A stretch of DNA of 63,894 bases, filler included, from Octopus bimaculoides (lineage: Eukaryota), in the NCBI RefSeq assembly GCF_001194135.2. It is 6 parts of 5 records of this genome, joined end to end, with 100 filler letters (N's around TTAATTAATTAA, not from the genome) between each part and the next. Parts side by side here need not be neighbours in the genome. Positions count along the whole stretch, not along the records: positions 19,085 to 38,911 come from NC_068986.1; positions 39,012 to 50,014 come from NW_026395682.1; 4 more parts are not named here. One strand, written 5' to 3'. This document shows positions 26,705 through 40,300 of the stretch, piece by piece. Below the pieces are notes generated by a model, which saw only the letters and a list, made by a program, of their open reading frames with translations, did no database searches and had not been told where the DNA came from. Every line of letters starts with the position of its first letter. The stretch's first letter is position 1. A program made the translations under genes and the position numbers.

Positions 26705-27480
26705 TCGTAGTATTACGTAGCTTCAGTATTATAGTGGGTACATAACGGTAGGCGTAAACTTTGAGAGTAAACTTACCATACCATGTCTCTGTACTGATGG
26801 TCCTACAAAACAAATTGGGAAGATAGGTGAGTGGTGCCTTTTGTTAGTTTTACAGATGCGAGTGTGGGTTCACAACGGGAAATAGTCACGGTTAGCAAAC
26901 GTAAGGGTTAGCGCAAATAAGCGTTAGACAAACAGCCAAAATGAATGCTAGGAAAATTTTAAGTGGCGTGCTAGAGGTTACAGTGATATTTTTTTTCTAC
27001 TGCATCTTTAAAGGTAACTAGACCCGAAATGACGGGACCTTTTTTTATGTTTATTATTTTCTTTTCAGGTTTTTGGTTGTCAAAATTAGGGTACCTTCTC
27101 GAGGACGAAACATCTTCGACGCCGGGTAAAATGGGTATATTTAGGCGTGGCTGTGTGGTAAGAAGCTTCGCTTTATTCGACTAAAGTCAAATGACTCAAA
27201 CGTGTAAAAGGGTAAAAGAATATATNNNNNNNNNNNNNNNNNNNNNNNNNNNNNNNNNNNNNNNNNNNNNNNNNNNNNNNNNNNNNNNNNNNNNNNNNNN
27301 NNNNNNNNNNNNNNNNNNNNNNNNNNNNNNNNNNNNNNNNNNNNNNNNNNNNNNNNNNNNNNNNNNNNNNNNNNNNNNNNNNNNNNNNNNNNNNNNNNNN
27401 NNNNNNNNNNNNNNNNNNNNNNNNNNNNNTATATATATATAAATGTAAGTCAATGTTTACAAATAATTAAATAATTACAA

Positions 27481-27690
27481 TTACTCGTTTCATTTGACTG
27501 CAGCCATGCTGGTGCACCGCCATGAAGGAGTTTTAGTCGAACAAGTCGACTCCAGGATTTATTTCTTAAACCTAGTACTTATTTCATCGGTCTCTTTTGC
27601 CCAACCGCTAGGTTACAGGCACGTAAACACACCAACACCGATTGTCAAACGGTGATGGCGGACAAACACAAACATACACACACACACGCG
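27481..27690 (-). mobile_element. SINE family A, 3' half
   Basis: CATTTGACTGCAGCCATGCTGG...CCTAGTACTTATT..ATCGGTCTCTTTTGCC...GGACAAACAC. Confidence 0.88.
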
Positions 27691-27959
27691 AAGATATATA
27701 CATACATACTTGCATATTTCACTCTCAACCTTCCGCAGAAAAAGTGATCCTAAAAGTTTGTTGTGTCGATGCCCCCAGGCGAAGAATTAGGATCTCCCAA
27801 GACATTTAAATAGAGGTAGTCTGGCTGTGGTAGGAGTGTTGGGTAGCAGTCGAGTAGCTGTTGAGTAGCAGTCGAGTAGCAGTTGTGTAGCGGTTGTATA
27901 GAGATCATCCGAAGGTGCTAGATAGCAGTAGCTTGAGACATAACAGTTTTGCAGAGACA

Positions 27960-28528
27960 AAAAGGCCAATAGTAGAACATTACCTGGAAAAGGGTTTTAT
28001 AATTACCGGTGTATGCTACAGTGAAATGCTGGCAAACAAACTAAAAGCCGCAATTCGCACCATACGCCGAGGTCTATTGTCAAGTAAATGTTATTGCTGC
28101 ACGACAATGCACACTCAAATCCAGCTTCCCAACACCATTAACACACTGGGTTTCCAGGTGCTGCAATACCCTGGATATCGTCCAGATGTCATCCCTTCCA
28201 GATGTCATCCCTTCCAGATGTCATCCCTTCCGGATGTCATCCCTTCCAGATGTCATCCCTTCCAGATGTCATCCCTATCACCTCTTTTAGATCGCTCAAA
28301 TATCCTTTACGTGATTGTCGATTTGCTAAAGATGATGAAGCGTAGAAATTATTCCGTGACCAGCCGAAAACCTTCTTCGATGGAATAAGCATGCCTGTGT
28401 TCCGCTGGAACGAATGCATCGAAAAGTAAAGAAACTATATCGATAAATGATGTAATTGTTCAAACCCTACTTTTGTTTTAATAAAGTACTGGAACACGAC
28501 TGTATATTACTTTTGATTTACTGTCGTA
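27960..28528 (+). mobile_element. Mariner transposase C-terminal fragment plus 3' terminus
   Basis: HYLEKG..ITGVCYSEMLANKLKAAIRTIRRGLLS, LLHDNA, LGFQVLQYPGYRPDVIPS (decayed HPPYSPDLAPSD). TIR-like TTACTTTTGATTTACTGTCG|TA at about 28507-28528. Confidence 0.85.
28181..28276 (+). repeat. Six tandem copies of the 16-bp unit TCCAGATGTCATCCCT
   Basis: Counted directly; the fourth copy has one A>G change. Confidence 0.97.
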
Positions 28529-29154
28529 TACATACATACGTATGTATGTATGTATGTATGTATGTAAGTAGCCACAATCCTCTGTTTATTCATAAATTAT
28601 CCTCTATGGCTAATCAAGAAATCTATTTCAGATATAGTTTGCTGAGGTGGTGTATAGAGTCAGTAGAACAGGAACTCATGAATCTTAGCCTTCTAGCTAT
28701 AAATCATTATATGTATTACTTTCTTTATTTTTCTTTATTTGGGAATTTTAAAATTTTAATCCATCTGGGATTTGAAACCCGAAACTTATGTCGCAGATTC
28801 GACTCGACCAGAATTTATTTTATATACGACAGCGCTCAACACAACNNNNNNNNNNNNNNNNNNNNNNNNNNNNNNNNNNNNNNNNNNNNNNNNNNNNNNN
28901 NNNNNNNNNNNNNNNNNNNNNNNNNNNNNNNNNNNNNNNNNNNNNNNNNNNNNNNNNNNNNNNNNNNNNNNNNNNNNNNNNNNNNNNNNNNNNNNNNNNN
29001 NNNNNNNNNNNNNNNNNNNNNNNNNNNNNNNNNNNNNNNNNNNNNNNNNNNNNNNNNNNNNNNNNNNNNNNNNNNNNNNNNNNNNNNNNNNNNNNNNNNN
29101 NNNNNNNNNNNNNNNNNNNNNNNNNNNNNNNNNNNNNNNNNNNNNNNNNNNNTC

Positions 29155-29220
<66 letters not shown>

Positions 29221-29722
29221 TTTCTGACTGTCTCACTTTCATTCTCCTTCTTTAAATTCCCTTCCTCTCGTTTTCACTACTTCCTTTCTCCCTCTCTGTC
29301 CTCTTTATCTCACCCATTTCTCTCCCACATCAACCAACTCTAGGTTTGCATTGAATGCCGGGAATATTTTATTTGTTTCTTTCTTTGACATTTTTTTTAA
29401 AAAGAATTTTCATTTTCTAATATCTATGAATTATAGACAATCTATAATTAAATTTTGACAGAAAACTATGCTTAATACAATTCTATGACCCTTGTGGGTC
29501 ACGGAATATCATTGGTTAAGATGGTAGCAAGTTTTCTTATCATAAACTATCATTGTTTAATATCTAATAGAAGTTGTCTTCAAATCGAAATGGCTTTCTT
29601 TACATTTTTGCTTTGTTTTATGAGCTTCGTCTGTACATACGTGTGTAGGTGCGAACTAGCTTGTGTAGGTGTGTATGTATGTGATAGTGCTTATATATAT
29701 GTGTGTGTATACATACACACAC

Positions 29723-29795
<73 letters not shown>

Positions 29796-29887
29796 CATAT
29801 ATGCACATATATATATATATATGCATGTACGTATGACTATAATTTTGTGCGATTGTATGTATGTATGCACGCGCGTTTATATATAAA

Positions 29888-29925
<38 letters not shown>

Positions 29926-30269
29926 TATGCGTTTTGCTTGTGAAGCTAATCGCTATATTTGTTATAGAAACAATCTAAATTTAAGTTATGAAGAGAATGT
30001 TTCTGATTATTTCTTTGAATATTCTGTTTATGTTGTTGCCACTGTCTTTGAACACTTCGCTTTGACTAAATAACGGGATGGGATCCTTCACCTTCAACCC
30101 TCTCACCCCACCACCACCACCGCCACCTCCACACCAAAAATGCAACTATATAATTATGTGATTCCGATAGTGTCACTCGTCGAAGATGTATTTGCTTTTG
30201 AATTTTCATACCACAAATGCCGTTTAGAAGTGTACCAGTAATATAATAGGGAGCAAGTAAAATATTAGA

Positions 30270-30493
30270 TTCAACACTTTAACATTTTAACCAGCCATAT
30301 CCGGCCCTAATGCTATACCTGTTTTAATTTCAAACTGGGCAGGTCTGGCTTCTCGCACCTATCCTACAATGTCATTTTGAAAATAATCACATCATCGAAA
30401 TCCCAAAGCTATAAGATAATGTATAATGAATTGAAAACAATGTGAATAAATAAAAATTACATTTGAAAGAGTAATCTGAATAATAAAGGTTAA
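30270..30493. mobile_element. Non-autonomous DNA element (MITE-like, possibly piggyBac-type), diverged
   Basis: Right end GAGTAATCTGAAT.ATAAAGG|TTAA; left end decayed. Family recalled from cephalopod repeats. Confidence 0.4.
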
Positions 30494-31449
30494 TTAAGAA
30501 TCAAATTCTAGAACGGACATAACCAGTTGCTTCATATCAATCACAGATTTCTGTATTTTAAAAGGATTACTTCTTTATCTAACGTCTTAATTCCTTATTT
30601 GAAATTTTAATTCTGAAAGGATTTTTGTATTCTTCAATGTTAGAAGTTAATCTAATATCTGATTAGAAGATCAATGCAGGGCAGGCTTAAGGCGACTGAT
30701 GTCCTCCAAGCAAATAATATCAATAACAGTACGTCCTCCATTTTTTCATTGTCAAATTGACAAAGCATTAAGAAATAAGTGGCCATAACTATATTACACG
30801 TAATCTGTTTTATTTTTCATTTTATTAATTTAACACTAGATAGCAGTACGCAAGGAAAAGTATATTAGTTGCATATATTTTTTATTATTACAGTTTAGTC
30901 ACTTAGAGAAGGGCAGCACCCATGCGATTTTTATTCAGGGTCTTTCAAAGTTATTAATGAAAGATAGTCTATCCGAGCAAATAACATCAGAAGTCCTGTT
31001 GCTACAAATACATGAGGTTAACAAAACGTCTTCAGATTAGTAAAGAACTCCAATTGAACCTATGACAGGGTCCGATACTGGAGTCCATCATTAGTCAGTT
31101 TTGTAAAAACTAGTCGTTTTCACAGAGTAATATACAATAAAATTGCATAAGTAATGGGCTTTACGTATTCTTTTATTCGTGCAATTTTGACTGAGAGCTG
31201 TTTCTAAAAAAAGAAAAAAGAAAAAAAAAAACTAATGCGAACTTCGTCAGAGTCTGCGCTTCGAATCGCAGACGTTCTAATGCTTTGCAAAAGCAACTAC
31301 GAGTCAAAACTGCGCGAGGAAGAAAATATGTAACGCCCATCATTTATGCCTTTTCTAATATTATATGTGTTTTTGTGTGTGAGTGTGAGTATGTATGTAT
31401 AAATAGGTGTATATATATATGAATATGTATATTTGTGTGTGTCACTTTG

Positions 31450-31650
31450 TGCGTTTGTTCCCCACTTATCACTTGACACTCGGTGCTGGTTTGTTTACGT
31501 CCCCGTAAATTAGTGGTTCGGTAAAAAGAGGCCGATAGAATAAGTACCATATGAAATATAAGCCTTGGGGTCAATTTGTTCGACTAAACTCTCCAAGACC
31601 TACACCCAGCAGGGCCGCAGTCCTATGAAGAACGATAAAACATAAAAGGT
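31450..31650 (+). mobile_element. SINE family A, 3' half, diverged
   Basis: GTTTACGTCCCCGTAA.TTAG.GGTTCGG.AAAA.GAG.CCGATAGAATAAGTAC. Confidence 0.8.
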
Positions 31651-32774
31651 AAATTTAAAAAAAAAATACCCTATCATTATTTACAATTAGTAGCTTCGCC
31701 AGTCCAGCACTGGAAGAAAAAAAATTTAAAAAAAACAAAAAAACTCCGCGGCACTTCTTTCCTTTGATGCTCTAAAGACGTATTAATTTTCTAGCTAATC
31801 CAGCTTAGATTAATATCTAATACGTATTAGATGTTATTTTTCAGATTTTTCAGGCCTTTTCAGAGATAAGAATAGCTTTTACTTCAAGTAGAAACTGCAA
31901 TCCGAAGAAAAGCTATCGAGGTCTGCGTGAGCAGCAATTAATTAGCACAAGAGTTCGTAGAGTCTCATTAAGTTTAGTCGGTGCGTGAAGGGAACTGTCC
32001 AACGTTTCAAGCTTTTGCACTTCAGCAGAAAATAGAGAAAGAAAATGGTATTGGCTAGGTTAACTGAAAAATAAAAGACGGTATTATCGCATTTTAATAA
32101 CTTTGATAATAGAACTACTCGATTAGAGTTGACCTGGCCTAATCTTCAACCACAACTAGAGTGCCTGAATTCATCGTGTGACAGACATACTCTGCAAGTG
32201 GATCCAAATAAGAAACCTTCAAGTTGATATTTCCTAAACTGAGATTCTAAAATTCACTTCAGTGAGTGTAAGGATTTTTAGTTAAACCCGTTTCCGAATG
32301 CCGATATAGAAGACGAATTCTGATAATTCGATTTGCTAATATTTAGAAAATATTATGCTTAGTGGTCGCTCGGGCTACAAGAAATGCTACTGAATTTTTT
32401 CTCGTATCACACTGTACGGCCTAAAAGTAGAAAAGGAGGCTCAGTCTATTTAGGATTGCATTTATAATACAACCCTAGATATTCTGACCCTGAAAAATAA
32501 GTAAGAAAGAGAAAGAAGGTAAAACGATTATAGCATGGCCAACACTAGTTCACATTTGTTTATAGGTCTGCGCAATTAGGGATGATATTGGGCTAAACAA
32601 CTACATTAGCATCGTTCTCGTGTACGAGTAAGAATAGCTTTTTAATATGTTGGGTATCGTTCGATCTGAAATTTTCACAAATACAGTGGGAGAGAAAACT
32701 GCTTATGTAATGCATAAACGGGAAGTCGCTGAATATTTCTTACCCGTTTCTTGCCAACAGCAAATTAGTTATTA

Positions 32775-33300
32775 TCGTCTTCATCATCATGACCATCATG
32801 ATCATCATGGTCATCATGATATTTCTCATTATAATCGTCATCTTCAGCGTCGTCGTCATGTCCTCTTCCTCGTTGTCCTCGTCATCGTCGTCGTCATCGT
32901 CAGCGTCCTCATCATCGTCGTCGTCATCAACCTCCTCTTCCTCCTCCTCCTTCTCACCCTCATCAACTTCGTTCTTGTCTCCCCCTCCCTCCTCTTCCTA
33001 ATCCTCCTCATCATCATTTCATCTACAACAATTATTGATGTGATATGCACCACAATCAATATGATCACCGTCATCAACATCGCCACCACCCACACTACGA
33101 CTACCACCATCACAACCACCACCACCACACCACCATCACCAACACGACAACTACCATTGACACCACCGTCACCTCCGCCACCACCACCGCCACCATCAGC
33201 ACAACCACCAACATTACCCCACCACCACCGCCGTGAGAGTGACGACCACAAGACATCATTATCCCCAATGTCACCACTGCTACTGTCACCGTTACGACAA
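32775..33300. repeat. Degenerate trinucleotide mosaic (CAT/CGT/CCT/CAC)
   Basis: Low-complexity runs. These explain the stop-free 235-aa ORF. Confidence 0.85.
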
Positions 33301-33731
33301 CCAGCACTGCACAGTAAATCGACCATAAAGATTCAAAAGTATACAAAGAACTGAAATTGAGAAATTACTTTGTGGTAAGTTACATTTTTGCCCACTTTCC
33401 TCCTGGGACAAACGAGTGCGAGGGAGCAATGGACCATAGAGCGATACACACATGCACACACACACACACAGACACACACGCACATACATATACACAAAGT
33501 GATACATACACACCCAGGAGTATGTATGTATATATATCCATATATATATATGTATGTATATATACATATGTATGTATGTACTTATGTAAATATTGAGATA
33601 TACATACATACGCGCGCATATACATATATACACATCTTTTTCCTCCTTCCTCCTTAGGAATTGACGAAGCAGATATATGTACGTTTGTTTGTGTGATCAT
33701 ATATGATCATATATATACATACACACATACA

Positions 33732-33768
<37 letters not shown>

Positions 33769-34419
33769 NNNNNNNNNNNNNNNNNNNNNNNNNNNNNNNN
33801 NNNNNNNNNNNNNNNNNNNNNNNNNNNNNNNNNNNNNNNNNNNNNNNNNNNNNNNNNNNNNNNNNNNNNNNNNNNNNNNNNNNNNNNNNNNNNNNNNNNN
33901 NNNNNNNNNNNNNNNNNNNNNNNNNNNNNNNNNNNNNNNNNNNNNNNNNNNNNNNNNNNNNNNNNNNNNNNNNNNNNNNNNNNNNNNNNNNNNNNNNNNN
34001 NNNNNNNNNNNNNNNNNNNNNNNNNNNNNNNNNNNNNNNNNNNNNNNNNNNNNNNNNNNNNNNNNNNNNNNNNNNNNNNNNNNNNNNNNNNNNNNNNNNN
34101 NNNNNNNNNNNNNNNNNNNNNNNNNNNNNNNNNNNNNNNNNNNNNNNNNNNNNNNNNNNNNNNNNNNNNNNNNNNNNNNNNNNNNNNNNNNNNNNNNNNN
34201 NNNNNNNNNNNNNNNNNNNNNNNNNNNNNNNNNNNNNNNNNNNNNNNNNNNNNNNNNNNNNNNNNNNNNNNNNNNNNNNNNAGCTGGATAGGAAGCGAGG
34301 CGATCTTAGTGGCATCACAGAACTGCCATATTTGATATCCTAAATGTTTAACTAAGGTCAGATTACATAACGTCATTCACCAGCTTCACCAACATGATTT
34401 AGTAACTACTATCAATGAA

Positions 34420-34441
34420 GTTGGTCTATTATTATTATTAA

Positions 34442-34497
<56 letters not shown>

Positions 34498-34501
34498 GTA
34501 A

Positions 34502-34560
<59 letters not shown>

Positions 34561-34630
34561 ATAGTAATAGGAATAGTAGTTGTAGCAGCAGTAGTAATTG
34601 TAGTAATAATAATAGTAGTAGTAGTAGTCA
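34420..34630. repeat. (TTA)n followed by (TAG)n microsatellite
   Basis: Directly visible. Confidence 0.95.
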
Positions 34631-34779
34631 TATATATGTTGTAACTTCCCTTTTATTCAACGGTTTTTCATAGCGTCTATTGCCATTGATAGCTGACGAG
34701 AATGCATCGTAGCTCTTCGCTCCGGCATTTGAAACTCTGAGTACTATAATGATAACATACTGATTGTCCTAAACTATAA

Positions 34780-34837
<58 letters not shown>

Positions 34838-35173
34838 AAACCCGAAGGGCTTTGTAAGTTTCGGAAAGAAAGCTGCTATGGAAACATACAAACGTACAAA
34901 CATATATACATACATACATACACATACATACATACATACATACATACACACATACATACATACATACATACATACATGCACATGTGTATATACATGCACA
35001 CTGACACACACACACACACACACACATGCGCACAAACTACCAAACATGAAGAACGCAGCTCCGATAACCGACAAAGTCAACGACTATTGAAGAGGTTGCA
35101 AGAAGCAACGAAAATTTTAGAAAAAATAAATGAGTAAATGAGTGGAAATCGAACCGATGAGTGTGTTAATTAG

Positions 35174-35212
<39 letters not shown>

Positions 35213-35576
35213 TCAGAGTGAATTTAAATGCATCTTTCTTAAATCTAAGCTTTCAATTATCTTTAACAAGCTCCGTTTTTGTAATGACCCTCCCAAGATA
35301 CAATATGATATCTTTGACAAATTTATCAATAAAATTACAGACCAGGACACTACTAGAATAATTTAATTAATACGCAATGCCATGAAATAAGATCAATCTT
35401 ATTTCAATGTAATTTTCTCTCATGTTTTCCTTTGTTGAATGCCGTGCATATCTATTGAAGAGTAGTTATTCATATTTAATAGTTTGTAGGAATACGCCTC
35501 CAAATCTTGATTTTCCGCTTTTTCTTGTTGTTGTTGTTGTTCAGTTTCAAATCAGCATTGAATAAATTTAAGATCA

Positions 35577-36460
35577 AAAGACTTTGCAGATGCGATATAA
35601 CGTCATTTTTTTTCTACTTGCCCGGTGAATGGTCAGTCTGTTTCTTAGAGTAAGCTTTGTTTGACTTATGTAATCTTCATTCCATCCTTGACGTTTGGTA
35701 GTATATATTAAATTCCTTGAAGAACATGTAAAATTATTTTTACGGTAATAAATCTGTCCTGGTTTGAATTTGTATGTTGTCTCATCAATAAGATTGAAGC
35801 AAGTCTCGGAATTGGGGCGGCCAGACTTTTTAACTGTTGGTATAGGAATTATGGAAGGTAATTTAGCACTTCGGAGGAAATTTTTGAGGGACTTTGATTG
35901 TCTTTTACTTTTGAATATTTTGTGTATTTCGAATGCTTGTTTCATTTTTGGGTCTTGCTTTAGTAGTGGGATGTTCCGGGGAATACTATTGTAAACCTCT
36001 GTGTTTCTTCGGTAACCTTGTAATATAGGATAGAATATTGGATGTATTTGGAGTGTTTTTCTATTCCATTGTCTATTAACATTAATGGATATTGTCTTTT
36101 AAATAGTATTTGTTTTAGTTCCTGGAGTCTTTTATTGCGAGTTTCAGGCTTTGAGACAGTTGTGCAGATTAAAGGGAATCTTATTCTTCGTGTGTTTGGG
36201 ATTGCATGAGAAGAAGAGTAAGTATTGTTTCGAATCTGTTTGTTTGTGGTGAATATCTGTTTCAATGATGTTGTCTCTTTTGATGATTAGTATATCCAGG
36301 AATGGTTGTTGAGTTTTACTGCATTCTAAGGTAAAGTTAATATTGTTTATGCTGTTGATTAGAGTTTTGAAATCTATAAGTTGTTCAAATACGTGCGCCC
36401 ATAGGATTAGGCAGTTATCTAAGTAAAGATTCCAGTTTTCTTGATTATAAGTAAACATGT
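35577..36460 (-). mobile_element. Penelope-like retroelement (Neptune-type): RT C-terminus, linker and GIY-YIG, degenerate
   Basis: YLDNCLILW (YxDD-like), FTLE..QQPFLDILI, ETDIHHKQTDSKQYLLF.SC.PKHTK..IPFNL, LKQIL..RQYP, F.CSSRNLIY...YISQT..LR.RL..H across three ORFs. Confidence 0.88.
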
Positions 36461-37039
36461 TCACTCAACCGTGTCGACCTTCATTTTAGGCAGAAAATAT
36501 AATGTCTCGTGACACTAACACACGTACGTAGAGGAAAGGTACAAAAGGTTATAAACTTAATCATGTGTTCATTCTCTACAAACACTTGACAAAACATTCA
36601 GAGCATTGATTGTTTGGACATGTTCAGTTAACTGTGTCAGCCTTAACTTACGACGGCAAACGTCATCACTTGATACTAACACACGAACATAGCGGGGAAC
36701 GTACAAAAAAATTTTTTAAGACCAGTCATGTGACTATCTTCTACCAATCAAATCCTATTCAAAACATATACTAATTTGAGCCATGAACACTATAAAAATA
36801 GGGCAATCTTCAAACACTACTCAGAAGCAAAAGGAGCTGCGACATAAGCCCTTCTTTTCTATTTTTGAAAATCAGTATAAACTGTGAAACCAATTAAAGC
36901 TTTAAATATATTAATAAAAAATATTTTAACTATTTTCAGTGCATTTTCAACTTCTATTTTTCCTATATATAGATGTGTGTGTGTGTGTGTGTGTATTTGC
37001 GCATATATATATGGATAGATATATGTGAGTGTGTGTCTT

Positions 37040-37240
37040 CGTGTGTGTTCGTCCCCCACCATCGCTTGACAACCGGTGTTGGTGTGTTTACACCACTGTA
37101 ACTTTGCGGTTCAGCAAAAAGAGATTAGGCTTAACAAAAATTAAGTACTGGTGCTGATTCATCAGACTAAAAATTCTTCAAGGCGCTGCCCCAGTATGAC
37201 TGCAGGTTAATAACTGAAACAAGTAAAAGATAAAAGATGA
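37040..37240 (+). mobile_element. SINE family A, 3' half, diverged
   Basis: ATCGCTTGACAACCGGTGTTGGTGTGTTTAC...ACTGAAACAAGTAAAAGATAAAAGA. Confidence 0.8.
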
Positions 37241-38061
37241 AAAAAAAAAAAAGTAAAAATAGGAAACAAATGAAATAAATTCCGGTGTGGGAGATAGACC
37301 AGCGTCATATCCCAGAGGGAGGGAAGAGATTTGTTTTTCGTGCGCTCTCAACGTTACGGAAACCGAAGATAAGCACCGTGATTCAAGAGAAACAAACAAA
37401 AATATATAGAATAAAGAAAGGATTTAACAACACCACTAACCACTGCAGCATTAGCACCACCTCTTCCCTCTTCCAAACCGCTACCACTACCAAAAAGAAG
37501 AAGAAAACGAAGTAGAAGAACAGCAACTTGTGAGATGGGATTTTGTTTCGGTTATCCATTTCATACCGTCAATAAGAAAGTAAACTGAAGCCAACAATAT
37601 TGAACATGTGTGAGAGGAATAGAAATCTATCTACTCATAGATGCGACCAACAGAGAGAGATATATCTCTCACACTAGAGAACACACTGTTAGAATTATAA
37701 GCTTTCATAGTGTTTACTAATATCAGTATATCAGTACACCAGTACAGTGAATATACATATCACAGACATACATTCACATACACATACACACACACTAGAA
37801 CGAACACATTTACGTATGGATATATGTGTGTGTGTTTGTGTGTGTGTACGTGTGTGTGTACACACAATACAAGCATAAATACATACTCACATATACATAC
37901 ACACACACATATATATATATAGATAGATATATAGATATATAGATATGTATACACACACAGTCACACACACACACACAGAAATGTATATATACACAAATAT
38001 GTATACACATTTATATATATGTTATGCATCAAAATTTCGGCACACATAAGTATAATATGGA

Positions 38062-38130
<69 letters not shown>

Positions 38131-38153
38131 NNNNNNNNNNNNNNNNNNNNNNN

Positions 38154-38204
<51 letters not shown>

Positions 38205-38310
38205 ATATCTATCTAATTATCTATCTATATATATGTGTGTGTGTGTGAGTGTGTTTGTGTGTGCGTGCGCACATACACAAACACGAATATACACGCATGA
38301 AAGCACACAC

Positions 38311-38450
38311 GCACACATGTACACTCCCACACACACATGTACACTCACACACACACATGTACACTCACACGCACACATGTACACTCCCCCACACACATGT
38401 ACACTCACACACACGCATGTACACTCACACACACACATGTACACTCACAC
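38311..38450. repeat. Seven copies of a 20-bp minisatellite (consensus ACACACATGTACACTCACAC)
   Basis: CATGT recurs at exactly 20-bp spacing (38316, 38336 ... 38436). Confidence 0.95.
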
Positions 38451-38575
38451 ACATAAACATATACATATAGAATCTGACATGCATACAAACGTTCATAGAC
38501 GCATGCATACATACGTACATACATTCATACATACATGCATACATGCATACATGCATACGTGTATACATACATACA

Positions 38576-38606
<31 letters not shown>

Positions 38607-39011
38607 CCATGCGTACATAGGAAGATTACATGGGCGATTATGATTTGTGTGTTCAATGGTCTATTTAGTTTTGAATTTCTTCCAGCACATCAGATCATAT
38701 GAAAATAATTAGCGGCAAAAACAATATTGCGCATTAGCAATAAATACAGAACAATAATAAATTGGAAAACAAACACGTACATATAAGATGAATTAAATAT
38801 AAAATAATAAACATAAGATAAAAAAAAAGCTGGCGTATATCATACGAGTATTCATTCTATAGCTGCACTAAATCATGTAAATATATGAGTTCATATATAT
38901 ATATATATATANNNNNNNNNNNNNNNNNNNNNNNNNNNNNNNNNNNNNNNNNNNNTTAATTAATTAANNNNNNNNNNNNNNNNNNNNNNNNNNNNNNNNN
39001 NNNNNNNNNNN

Positions 39012-39043
<32 letters not shown>

Positions 39044-39052
39044 GAGTCATTT

Positions 39053-39502
39053 AAGAGAGGATGCTCATGCTGGAGTAACACAACGTGTCCGCTAAGCGGC
39101 CACTGTAATACGGAAACAGTTGTTAATGAGGCAGAAGTAACAGCAACAGGATCCAATGGACACCCGAGTGTGTGGAAATATGTGGGAGCAACGGAAAGCC
39201 CCTTCAGAATCCGCTTTAATAACCATAAGTGCTCAGTCAACATCCAAGAGAGACGCAACGCCACAATCCTAGCCAAGCACATCTGAGCTTTGGAAGAATG
39301 TTCCTCGGAGTACAGTACAAAATGGAAGATCCTAGAAAGATGCAAACCGTACATCGAAAGCAGCAGGAAGTGCAGATTATGCCTGGCTGAGAAGAGAGCA
39401 ATTTTAAGAGGTACCCAACTCCCGGATGTTTACTTGAATAGCAGGACTGAGGTGTTTAATTCTTGCCCGCATGAAAGGATGTTCATTCTATCGTCCCTGT
39501 AA
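39053..39502 (+). mobile_element. Penelope-like GIY-YIG endonuclease C-terminus (CxC..CPLxGxC / CxLCLxEK type, Naiad-like)
   Basis: One frame: GCSCWSNTTCPLSGHC..VVNEAEV...YVGATE.PFR.RFNNH...LAKHI*AL...WKILE..PY...CRLCLAEK..I....LNSRTE..CPH. Single in-frame TGA at 39284. Confidence 0.85.
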
Positions 39503-39799
39503 GCCCCACCGTTACTGCAACCACAGGTCCCCTGCCTCGACCTTCCGTAAACGATCTTCCACCAATGCCCTTGAACCCGGCAAAAGAGTTTGACCAAAGT
39601 ATGCACCAGTGCACCTATGTAAACGCACGCACACCCCTATAAGGCAGACACCCCGCAAATAGCTATCCCCCATTACCCCCTCCCATCAACACAGCCCCTC
39701 ACGCAAATTGCATCCTCGCATATACACTGATCCCCCCCCCCACATTACACATTACACACCGCAATCTAATATAACCCTTCCACCACTTTATCCTTTATG

Positions 39800-40300
39800 A
39801 CTTTCTCAAAATTGCAGACCTTAGCTTCAACTAGGGCCCCATGGCTGTTCCAGTACCCGGCCTATGTGTTCCTCACTGTGACCTTGATCCTGGCTATGAG
39901 TTCGGCCTTGATGTTGCCGGCAGAGCGTTTGGTATCTTTCTCAACTGGGACCCACATATGCATGGAATTAAAATCGGGAGAATTAGGAGACCAGCAATTT
40001 GGGGTTGTGAAGTGGTAGAAATTCTCCGACAACCATTTCTAACTCTCCGGAGTTATGGCAAGCAACTAAATTCTACTGTCACACATGACCCGCCAGCAGC
40101 AAGCCTTCCCAGCCAAGGTTTGACCTCACGCTTTACCATCTTCACGTAGCCATATGATTTGAAACTAAGGGCTTGTTTAAAGATACAAAACAGCATGAGG
40201 TCACCCTCGTTGGAGACACAGTGAAAGGTTACCATAGTTTGGGGTAACTTGGATTCTATGATGACTACGTCACGTCTTACAACCTTTGCAGTGTTCACGG
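39800..40300 (-). mobile_element. Tc1/mariner-superfamily transposase fragment (maT/DD37D-like), degenerate
   Basis: CVSNEGD, GYVKMVK..VKPWLGRLAAG, KWLSENFYHF..PNCWSPNSPDFN, VEKDT...KAELIARIK. Confidence 0.8.

Noticed and set aside
32647-33354. 235-aa ORF with His-rich, hydrophobic and Pro/Thr-rich parts
   Set aside because: Entirely explained by CAT/CGT/CCT/CAC trinucleotide drift that lacks stops in this frame.
39284-39286. In-frame TGA as possible selenocysteine in the Naiad-like endonuclease
   Set aside because: It falls at the conserved Trp of the KHIWxL motif, so TGG>TGA is simpler. No convincing SECIS seen downstream.
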